Part shown: piece after piece, positions 55,144-62,840 of the stretch
Layout: the number at the start of each line of letters is the position of its first letter
Position numbering within the stretch: position 1 is the first letter of the stretch
NCBI GenBank assembly: GCA_050485545.1
Contig: JBJHBP010000008.1
Span: 24,678-88,677, forward strand
Reading direction: 5' to 3'
Length of the DNA: 64,000 bases
Source: Gammaproteobacteria bacterium
Lineage (GTDB): Bacteria; Pseudomonadota; Gammaproteobacteria; Steroidobacterales; Rariloculaceae
Notes under the pieces: model-generated
Database searches by the model: none
Told to the model about the DNA's origin: nothing
What the model saw: the letters and a program-made list of their open reading frames with translations, nothing else
Program-made: the position numbers and the translations under genes

Positions 55144-57390
55144 TCAGCTTTCCCGGCCGGCCAGCGCTGCGAGCACGCGTGCCGGCGTCAGCGGGTACTG
55201 CCGCATTCTCACGCCGGTCGCGTCGAAGAATGCATTGGCGATGGCGCCGGCGGCGGCGGCCATCACTTCTTCGCCGGCGCCCGAATACGGTTCCTGAAGC
55301 CGCTGCACGACAACGGGCGTGACCTCGGGACACTCTTCAAACCGCAGCGTGCGATAACTGGACCAGTCCAGGCTCGTCACGCCCGTCTCGCTGAACGTGA
55401 CTTCCTCGAACAGCATGCGGCTTGCGGTCTGCACCAGCTGACCGACGATCTGCGATTCGACAATGGCCGGATTCACGACACAGCCGGCGTCGATGGCGCC
55501 GTACAGGTGGCTGATCCGCACGTGCCCGGTGTCGGTGTCGACCTCGACCTCGGCTACCGCGCCGCCCCATGACGCCAGATGCGTGCCAAGACCGATGCCA
55601 CGCCCGCGCAGTACCGGCCCTTCGCCGGCCGTGCTGTGCGCCGGCCGCGGCGCCCACTGCGCGGCGGCGGCGGCCGCCTCGAGTACGCCCAGCCAGCGTT
55701 CGTCGAGAATGTTGTGTCGGCGGAATTCAAAAGGATCCTGGCCGAGCCGGTAGGCGAGTTCGTCGATGGCCTGTTCGGACGTGAACGACAGCGACAGGCC
55801 GAGCGGTGAACGCAGCCATCCGGCACGCAGGTATCGCGTCTGCGTCAGCCGGTGGTTCACCAGGCGGAGGTTGTCGATGGCGTACATCGCACCGCAGTTG
55901 GAGGGGCTGACCTGCTGCGACACCAGAAATGCCCAGTAGACCGGATCGGTGCCGTCGGCGAGCTGCTGCGAAGGTTCGATCAGGCTCCAGTTGTGATGCC
56001 AGCCGTGATACTCGTAGGCGATGATCTTCCCTTCGGCATCGGCCGCGGCGCGCACCTCCCCGACATGCGCAGGACCATAGGGGTCCCAGCCATGCTCGTC
56101 CCAGCGCATGAACTGCACCCGCACCGGAGCGCCCGCCAGCTGCGACATGATTGCCGCTGCCATCGCGGCATCGTCCCAGCAGCTGTGACCATAGGTGCCG
56201 GAGCTTTCGCAGTACTGCACGCGAATCGCCGCTTCGGGCAGGCCGACGACCGGCGCCAGCGACCGGCGCGTGCCGTAGCAGTCCTGCGACGAGGCGATGA
56301 CCAGCGCCGAGTCGTCCCGAACGTCGGCCAGGGCACAGTTCGGTGCGAAGGTGCCGTGGGTCTGATACGGACACTGCGTCGTGAACGTCACCTGATGCGC
56401 GGCTGTATTGAACGCATCGCCGGCCGCGCCACGTTCGAGCACGACCGTGGTGTTGGTGTCGTCATTACGCATGGTTTCATGCAGGCGCTCGAAGGGCGGC
56501 AGTGAGGGCGTTGTGTCCCAGGTCACGTCCAGCGCCTGCGCGGCACGCACGGCATCCCATTCGTGCTCGGCCACCACGCCGACAAAATCGTCGCGGCGAA
56601 GCACGCGCGCGCCTTCGATATGTGCGATGGAGGCTTCATTGACGGACAGCACCGGCGCGCCGGCGCCGTAAGCCGGCTGACCGCGAGGCCGCACGATGCG
56701 GCCATGCAGCATGCCGGGCAGACGCTGATGCTGGATGTAGGTGTATGTGCCGGCCACCTTGTCGGGGAGGTCCTTGCGCTGTGACCGCGAACCCACGATG
56801 CGGTAGTCGGCGGGTGACTTGACTGGCGCGTTGCCCGTGAACGGCACATCAAACAGCCGGTCGCCGATCAGCGCTCCGTAGGTAACCTGCGCATTGGAAC
56901 CGGCTGCCGTGACCACGCCATTCGCAACGCTGAGTTCGTCAGCTGGTGCGCCAAGGTGTTCGGCAGCAAGCCGCAGCAGCGCCTGGCGGGCTTCGGCGGC
57001 TGCCTGACGCACCTGCGGTCCGCCGCGCGCGATCGACGCGCTGGAATAGGTGCCGCCCTGATTCGGTGTGACGTGGGTGTCATGCTGCGCGGTGGTGATC
57101 TGGTCGATGGCAAGGTCCAGTTCCTCGGCCGCGATCTGTGGCAGCGACGTGGTCGTGCCCTGACCGAGTTCGACAAACCCGATGTACAGCGTGGCCGTGT
57201 TGTCGGCATGGATGGCAAGCCAGGTATCGATGCGTTGCGGACTCGGCGGGCCGGCCGCGGATCCGCGCGCCGTCTGCTGGGCATGGCCGGTGCCCGGGGT
57301 CAGGCCCAGGCTGAAACTGACGACCAGCGCGCCGCCGGCCTTGAGGAAGGCACGTCGATCAACGGACGCCGCGCCGGGTCCGTTCGTCAT
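55144..57390 (-). CDS. Molybdopterin-binding subunit of an aldehyde-oxidase/xanthine-dehydrogenase-family enzyme (IorB-like)
   Basis: Track ORF 55144-57570; ATG 57390 overlaps the small-subunit stop (ATGA). Tat-type signal SVDRRAFLKAGGALVV. About 750 aa, as for IorB-type subunits. The product class is assigned from size, signal and partner gene. Confidence 0.8.
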   Translation of the reverse strand: MTNGPGAASVDRRAFLKAGGALVVSFSLGLTPGTGHAQQTARGSAAGPPSPQRIDTWLAIHADNTATLYIGFVELGQGTTTSLPQIAAEELDLAIDQITTAQHDTHVTPNQGGTYSSASIARGGPQVRQAAAEARQALLRLAAEHLGAPADELSVANGVVTAAGSNAQVTYGALIGDRLFDVPFTGNAPVKSPADYRIVGSRSQRKDLPDKVAGTYTYIQHQRLPGMLHGRIVRPRGQPAYGAGAPVLSVNEASIAHIEGARVLRRDDFVGVVAEHEWDAVRAAQALDVTWDTTPSLPPFERLHETMRNDDTNTTVVLERGAAGDAFNTAAHQVTFTTQCPYQTHGTFAPNCALADVRDDSALVIASSQDCYGTRRSLAPVVGLPEAAIRVQYCESSGTYGHSCWDDAAMAAAIMSQLAGAPVRVQFMRWDEHGWDPYGPAHVGEVRAAADAEGKIIAYEYHGWHHNWSLIEPSQQLADGTDPVYWAFLVSQQVSPSNCGAMYAIDNLRLVNHRLTQTRYLRAGWLRSPLGLSLSFTSEQAIDELAYRLGQDPFEFRRHNILDERWLGVLEAAAAAAQWAPRPAHSTAGEGPVLRGRGIGLGTHLASWGGAVAEVEVDTDTGHVRISHLYGAIDAGCVVNPAIVESQIVGQLVQTASRMLFEEVTFSETGVTSLDWSSYRTLRFEECPEVTPVVVQRLQEPYSGAGEEVMAAAAGAIANAFFDATGVRMRQYPLTPARVLAALAGRES

Positions 57391-57896
57391 GGCGTGCCGT
57401 TCCTGATCGCCTGCGCGGCCCGACGGATCGCGGCGACGATGCGCGGATAGGTGCCGCAGCGGCACAGGTGGCCGTTCATCGCCGAGCGGATCTCGGCAAC
57501 CGTCGGATCCGGATTGCGTTCCAGCAGTTCGACGGCTTTGACGATCATGCCGTTGTAGCAGTAACCGCACTGCAGGGCCTGCTCATCGAGCATGGCCTGC
57601 TGAACCGGGTGCAGCGCCGGCACCTGGTCGAGACCGCGCGCGGCGGCGTGCCGCGCCGGCAGGCCTTCCAGCGTAGTGATTTCCCTGTCCGCCACGGCCT
57701 CGACGGGCACGACGCAGGAGCGCATCTCCACACCGTCGACCAGCACCGAGCAGGAGCCGCATTGCGCAAGGCCACAGCCGAAGCGGGGGCCCCTGAGCTC
57801 GAGGTCATTGGCCAGTGCGTAGAGCAGGGGCATGTCGGGCTCAGCACTGACGGTGTGCGGGCGACCGTTAACCTGCAACTGTAAGTTCTGAGCCAT
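57387..57896 (-). CDS. (2Fe-2S)-binding small subunit (IorA-like)
   Basis: Track ORF 57387-57983; ATG 57896 gives MAQNLQLQVNGRPHTV. The two cluster motifs are GCGLAQCGSCSV and CGYCYNG...CRCGTY. Confidence 0.88.
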   Translation of the reverse strand: MAQNLQLQVNGRPHTVSAEPDMPLLYALANDLELRGPRFGCGLAQCGSCSVLVDGVEMRSCVVPVEAVADREITTLEGLPARHAAARGLDQVPALHPVQQAMLDEQALQCGYCYNGMIVKAVELLERNPDPTVAEIRSAMNGHLCRCGTYPRIVAAIRRAAQAIRNGTP

Positions 57897-58052
57897 ATCG
57901 GGCCTGAACATACTACAGATTCCGCCTCCGGTCAGGCGTGGTGCTGACGTTGAGTCATCCAGCCTTCGTGCTGATCGCTTCACCGTGACCCATGAGAACG
58001 GCCTCAGCTCCTCACAGGCAGCCGTGGACGAAATTGACGCGCGGTTCAGCTG

Positions 58053-59444
58053 CTAGACGCGAATATCGGCGAATCGAAGTAGCCGCTCCTCCCTCACCTC
58101 ATCAGGCGGCTTCGCTCTCCTCACGAGCGCAGCCAGCCACGCCTCGGCAGTGCGGTCACCGAGGTGTACCGGATCGGGGCACGTATCGTCGGCGCGATAT
58201 CCGCAGCGCGGAATCACCCGCCCGTCGCTGCGCTCGAAACACACGTCGCCGTTCGCCTCCCGCCTGATCCGGAACCCGCCCTCGTGCACGAGCCGGTGAT
58301 GATGCGAGCAGAGCAGCAGCGTGTTCTCCAGGCTGGTCTCCCCGCCGTCAGCCCAGTGGCGCAGGTGATGCGCGTGCACCCAGCGCGTGCGTCCGCAGCC
58401 CGGGAAGGCGCAGCCGCGATCCCGCGACCACAGCGCGCGACGCAGTGTCGGTGGCACGAGGCGCTGCCGGCGGCCGACGTTGAGCGGGTTGCCGGCGCGA
58501 TCCTCGGTCACTGCCACGATGCTGCCGTCGCAGCTCAGTCTGCGGATCACATCGATCGGCAGATCGGCGCGCGGGGCGCTGCGTTCGGGCGCCCCTCCGC
58601 GGAGGGGTGTATCCGCATCCGGATAGATCTCGGGATCCTTTAAAGCATCGGCATCGTCCGTCGCAGCCGAACCGCCCAGCGCATCCGCATCGACATGCAC
58701 GACGACCTGGTAGTGGTCAGGTGCAGCCGCCTTATCCTGTTCGCCTCCCCCAAGATACGCCTGCGCGATCGCGACCAGCGCATCAGCCTGCTGCGCCTGC
58801 CAGCCGGTCTCTTCGAACTCCGGCCCGGCAGCCGCTTCGCCGAGTTCGATGACACGCTCCAGCGCCTTGAGCAGGATCTCGCCCGCTTCGACCGGCAACT
58901 CGCCGCTCAGCGTCATCGTGCCGCGCGAGGCATCGCGCCAGACGCTCAGCGACCGTCGCGCCCATGCGCTGCGTGCCTCGGCTGCCGAGTCGGGGTGAAC
59001 GTTGCGCATCTGCCGGCAGCGCTCATCGATCTGCGATGCGTTGGCATCGATGGCCCAGGCGAGCAGTCGCGCCTCGTTGTACGGCTCGGCAACCCGAGTC
59101 AGCGCCCGAACCTTCGTATACGAAAGCCGGCCTTCGGCGAACGCGCGCGACATGCGTGGCAGCCGACGCAACGCATGCGCCGTTCGCAGCTGTTCGCGCG
59201 CCGCCGACACCGAGATGCCGCTGCGCCAGGCGAGCCACTCCGAGCCGGTGGGAAAACTCCACTTCGCCCACCCGAAGCGGTCGTCGAACTCGCGCACGAG
59301 CACGAGCAGCTCGTAAGTTGCGGTATTGACCCGGCTCGCGGCGCGGCGAATTGCCGCGTCGAGCTCGTCGATCGACGCAGCATTCGCGGCATTCGGGGCA
59401 GCGGGGCGAAAACGCTCGGCAGTATCGCTGGCGGCGGTGGCCAT
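58053..59444 (-). CDS. HNH endonuclease with DUF222-type N-terminal domain
   Basis: 463 aa; ATG 59444 lies 6 nt after GGGAG. Helical DUF222-like N-terminal two-thirds. HNH motif CAFPGCGRTRWVHAHHLRHWADGGETSLENTLLLCSHHHRLVHEGG. Confidence 0.85.
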   Translation of the reverse strand: MATAASDTAERFRPAAPNAANAASIDELDAAIRRAASRVNTATYELLVLVREFDDRFGWAKWSFPTGSEWLAWRSGISVSAAREQLRTAHALRRLPRMSRAFAEGRLSYTKVRALTRVAEPYNEARLLAWAIDANASQIDERCRQMRNVHPDSAAEARSAWARRSLSVWRDASRGTMTLSGELPVEAGEILLKALERVIELGEAAAGPEFEETGWQAQQADALVAIAQAYLGGGEQDKAAAPDHYQVVVHVDADALGGSAATDDADALKDPEIYPDADTPLRGGAPERSAPRADLPIDVIRRLSCDGSIVAVTEDRAGNPLNVGRRQRLVPPTLRRALWSRDRGCAFPGCGRTRWVHAHHLRHWADGGETSLENTLLLCSHHHRLVHEGGFRIRREANGDVCFERSDGRVIPRCGYRADDTCPDPVHLGDRTAEAWLAALVRRAKPPDEVREERLLRFADIRV

Positions 59445-59472
59445 CGGACGCTCCCGTCGACAATCTGAAAGG

Positions 59473-59488
59473 CTGTCATTATATACAG
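59473..59488. promoter_or_regulatory. LexA (SOS) box, CTGT-N8-ACAG type
   Basis: CTGTcattatatACAG is a perfect core palindrome. The 20-mer GGCTGTCATTATATACAGCA matches 14 of 20 positions of TACTGTATATATATACAGTA. It lies 29 nt upstream of the HNH ATG and overlaps the -10 hexamer. Confidence 0.6.
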
Positions 59489-59506
59489 CACAGAGCCTCG
59501 AGCCAA
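59478..59506 (-). promoter_or_regulatory. Sigma-70-type promoter of the HNH gene
   Basis: On the minus strand: TTGGCT (59506-59501), a 17-nt spacer, then TATAAT (59483-59478). The -10 lies about 35 nt upstream of the ATG. Confidence 0.55.
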
Positions 59507-59666
59507 TCGCCCGTTTCCCTTCGTTTCAGCGAGTTTTTCTGGCAAGCGGCCGGACACTGCGTGAATGCGCTTCAGTGCGAGCGCAGGTTGACGGCTGCCG
59601 ATCTGGTGTATTAGTGTACCGATACACACAAATACAGTAGCTCCTGCCGGAGCAGGGAGGGATGAA

Positions 59667-60164
59667 ATGTTCACCAGTCGATTGCTGATTCTGCTGGCCG
59701 TGTGCTGCGTGTACCCGGTCCACACATTGGCCCAGTCCACGCTCACGGTCGAAAAACGCGCCGATATCGAAACGCTTCTCGAACTCACCGATGCGCTGGC
59801 CATGGGTACTCAGGTGTCGCAGGCGTTCAGTGCGCAGATCGCCGATGCCATGCGAGCCGCCAATCCGCCGCCCCCGGCCGGGCTTGTCGAGGCTGCGCAG
59901 CGCATCGTCGATGAATTGATCGGCGAATCGTTTCCGGAACTCACCGATGGGCTGGTGGAGCTCTACGCCCGCCATTTCACGCATGACGAGATCCGCGGGT
60001 TCAACGAGTTCTACGCCAGCGAACTTGGCCGCAAGGCAATCGCCGTGCTGCCGCAGATCACCCAGGAAAGCATGATGATGGGGCAGCTTTGGGGGCAGTC
60101 GCTGCAACCGGAGATCGACCGGCGGTTGCGTGCCTGGATGGCGGAGCAGGGCGGCGCACGCTGA
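59667..60164 (+). CDS. DUF2059-domain periplasmic protein
   Basis: RBS GGGAGGGA. Signal peptide MFTSRLLILLAVCCVYPVHTLA. YARHFTHDEIRGFNEFYASELGRK fits my recollection of DUF2059. Confidence 0.7.
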   Translation: MFTSRLLILLAVCCVYPVHTLAQSTLTVEKRADIETLLELTDALAMGTQVSQAFSAQIADAMRAANPPPPAGLVEAAQRIVDELIGESFPELTDGLVELYARHFTHDEIRGFNEFYASELGRKAIAVLPQITQESMMMGQLWGQSLQPEIDRRLRAWMAEQGGAR

Positions 60165-60182
60165 AGGAGCGCGGAGTCTGCA

Positions 60183-60590
60183 TTGTTCATCCTGAATCCC
60201 CACTCGGGCATACCGATATACCAGCAGCTGATGGCGCAGGTGCGCCGCCTCGTCGCCGGCGGACAGCTTGCGCCGGGCACGGCGCTGCCGTCCGTGCGCG
60301 ATCTGGCGCAGACGCATGCGGTGAATCCGATGACGATCTCCAAGGCGTACAACCTGTTGGAGATCGAGGGTGTTCTGGTACGCAATCGCGGCAAGCCGAT
60401 GACCGTCGCCGCGCGCTCATCAGGCCAGGCGCCATCCGCGCAGCGGCTGCGTCAGCTGGATGAACAGGTCGAACAGCTGCTGCTTGCCGCGCGCCAGCTG
60501 GGGCTCGGGCGCCGGGAAGTGATCGCGCTGATCAACAACAAATGGGAGGAAGAAGATGGCGGAACAGGTCGTCAGCGCCGAAGGCGTTAG
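60183..60590 (+). CDS. GntR-family transcriptional regulator, YtrA-like (short effector domain)
   Basis: 135 aa (TTG start per the track). wHTH IPIYQQLMAQVRRLVAGGQLAPGTALPSVRDLAQTHAVNPMTISKAYNLLEIEGVLVRNRGKPMTV. Only ~60 aa follow the DNA-binding domain, as in the YtrA subfamily. Confidence 0.85.
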   Translation: MFILNPHSGIPIYQQLMAQVRRLVAGGQLAPGTALPSVRDLAQTHAVNPMTISKAYNLLEIEGVLVRNRGKPMTVAARSSGQAPSAQRLRQLDEQVEQLLLAARQLGLGRREVIALINNKWEEEDGGTGRQRRRR

Positions 60591-61434
60591 CAAGGCTTTC
60601 GGTGCACAACAGGTGCTGCGCGACATCACGGTGGCCGCCGTGGCCGGCGACGTGATCGGCGTGCTGGGCAAGAACGGCGCCGGCAAGACCACGCTGCTGG
60701 AAATCCTGCTCGGCTTCTCGCCGCCGAGTGCCGGCAGTACACGCGTGTTCGGCGAGGAAAGCCTGCAGCTCTCCGAGCGGGCGAAATCGCGTATCGGCTT
60801 CGTGCCGCAGCAGGATGAACTGATCGATGTACTGACCGGCATCCAGCAGCTCAAGGTCACGGCCGCGTTCTATCGCGACTGGGATCACGCGCTGACCGAT
60901 CGGCTGATCGCGGAATGGGGCATTCCGATGGACCGTCGCATTCAGAAGCTCTCTCCCGGCGAGCGTCAGAAACTCTCGCTGCTGCTGGCGCTGGGTCATC
61001 ACCCGGACCTGCTCGTGCTCGACGAGCCGGTGGCGAGCCTGGATCCGATCGCGCGGCGCGCATTCCTTCAGCAGCTGCTCGATGTCGCCGGCGACGCGCG
61101 ACGCACGGTGCTGTTTTCCTCGCACATCGTGTCTGATCTTGAACGCGCCGCAAACAGGGTGTGGATCATGAAGGATGGCGAGCTCACCTGGCAGGGCGAG
61201 CTCGACACGCTGAAAGAGTCGGTCGTGCGTCTGCACGTACGCGGCCGGCGGGCGCTGGACGGCAACTTTGCGCTCGCCAATGCGCTGTCGCGGCGCGTGC
61301 ACGGCAACCAGGCGACGGTCACCGTCACGCACTGGACGCCGGACGCCGCCGGCGAACTTGCGGCACGCCTTGACGCCGACATCGAAGCCGAGCCGCTGGG
61401 TCTGGAAGACATCTTCGTGGAGCTGCACCGGTGA
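60556..61434 (+). CDS. ABC transporter ATP-binding protein
   Basis: Walker A GKNGAGKTT, signature LSPGERQKL, Walker B LLVLDEP, H-loop SSH. Overlaps both the regulator gene and the downstream membrane-protein gene. Confidence 0.9.
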   Translation: MAEQVVSAEGVSKAFGAQQVLRDITVAAVAGDVIGVLGKNGAGKTTLLEILLGFSPPSAGSTRVFGEESLQLSERAKSRIGFVPQQDELIDVLTGIQQLKVTAAFYRDWDHALTDRLIAEWGIPMDRRIQKLSPGERQKLSLLLALGHHPDLLVLDEPVASLDPIARRAFLQQLLDVAGDARRTVLFSSHIVSDLERAANRVWIMKDGELTWQGELDTLKESVVRLHVRGRRALDGNFALANALSRRVHGNQATVTVTHWTPDAAGELAARLDADIEAEPLGLEDIFVELHR

Positions 61435-62840
61435 ATGCGATCGGCCGCCTGTGGTGGCTGTTTCTGCTGGTGCTGAAGTCCCGGCAGGCGCTGTTGACCG
61501 GCTCTCTGACGGCGATCACGATCGCCGGCACCATCCTGGTGGCCAGCGGCGGCCGTGGTTCTGGCATCGCGTTCTTTGTCGCGCTGGGCCTGGCGCTGGC
61601 CGTGATCACGATGCTGTTCGTGTCGGCGCAGGCTTTCCGTGCACTGTCGGGCTCGCGGCCGGTGATGCTTGCGCCGAATGCGCGCGGCAAGGCGCTGGGC
61701 GCGCTGTTGACGTTCTTCGTTGGTGTGACCTTCGCACTCGCCGTGCCGATGACCCTGCTGGCGCCGCCTGCGCTGATGCAGTCCGCGGCAGTGTCGCCTG
61801 TCGGGATGACGATGGTGCTGATGCTGATAATGATGGTGATGCTGACCGTGCTCGCCTGGCTGCTGTTCCTGCCGCCGCTGTTTCTGCTACTCCCGCCGCT
61901 CGTCATCCTTCCCGGTGTGCTGTTGCTGCGGCGCCTGCACGAGACGTTTCCCGGTCTGCAGCTGGATCCGGTCGTCATCGCGTCGATCGCGCTGGTCCTG
62001 GGCTGGGTTCTGTTCGGCAGGTGGTATCTGCGTACCCGATCCATCAGGCCGATGCTCGGAACGCGCGCGGGTCAGGGTCAGGCCGCGTCGATGGATGTGC
62101 TGGGTCGCTTTCTGGCATGGCTGCCGTCGCGCTCGCACGAGCGGGCGGATCCGGCCGCGGCACGCAGGTCTTACTGGCACGCCCGCGCTACGCAGGCGCC
62201 ATTCGCGCTGCTGGTTGGAGGCGCGCTGATCGCCATCGGTTTCGTCGGAGTGCCCCTTACGGTCATGCAGATGCTGAGCTCGCCACGTCCCGGCCATGAA
62301 CGGTTTTTCGTGGCGGCTTACATTGCGATGCCGCTGTTGTACGTGTTGGGGCTGGTGTTTCTGACACTGCTGTTCGCGCGACGCGCGCGCTATCTGTGGT
62401 TGCGTGGTGGTTCGCGTGCCGCGCTGCTGCGCGAGGCGGAATCCGAACTGTGGCGCAGTGATGGCGTCCTGCTGTGCGCCGGCGTCACGCTGGGTGTGAT
62501 GGTGCTGCTGGGTGTGATGCAGGGGGCGCCGATAATCGTGCTGTTGAGCCTGGCCGGCGCCGTGTTCGCCGGCGGGATGCTGGCGCTGTCCACGGGGCTG
62601 CTCTGCGCCGTTGGCGTGGGGGCGGGTGGTGTTGCCGCGACCGGCGTGCTGCTGTTCTCGCTGCTGCTCGCCGGCTGGATTCTCGCCGGCGGAACCGACC
62701 TCGTGTGGCTGGTGCCGCTGGCCGGATCGCAGCTGGTGGGCGCGCTGGCCTGCCGGGCGTTCGCGTACCGCCGCTGGCAGCGCATGGACTGGACCCTGCG
62801 TCGGCCGGGAGTGCCGTGGGCGCCGGGGATGCACTCGTGA
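61431..62840 (+). CDS. Polytopic membrane protein of unknown function (ABC-associated), paralogue A
   Basis: 469 aa with at least 10 hydrophobic segments. Its GTG overlaps the ATPase stop (GTGA at 61431-61434). Shares RARYLWLRGGSRAALLREAESELW and WYLR motifs with the next gene's product. Confidence 0.75.
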   Translation: MNAIGRLWWLFLLVLKSRQALLTGSLTAITIAGTILVASGGRGSGIAFFVALGLALAVITMLFVSAQAFRALSGSRPVMLAPNARGKALGALLTFFVGVTFALAVPMTLLAPPALMQSAAVSPVGMTMVLMLIMMVMLTVLAWLLFLPPLFLLLPPLVILPGVLLLRRLHETFPGLQLDPVVIASIALVLGWVLFGRWYLRTRSIRPMLGTRAGQGQAASMDVLGRFLAWLPSRSHERADPAAARRSYWHARATQAPFALLVGGALIAIGFVGVPLTVMQMLSSPRPGHERFFVAAYIAMPLLYVLGLVFLTLLFARRARYLWLRGGSRAALLREAESELWRSDGVLLCAGVTLGVMVLLGVMQGAPIIVLLSLAGAVFAGGMLALSTGLLCAVGVGAGGVAATGVLLFSLLLAGWILAGGTDLVWLVPLAGSQLVGALACRAFAYRRWQRMDWTLRRPGVPWAPGMHS

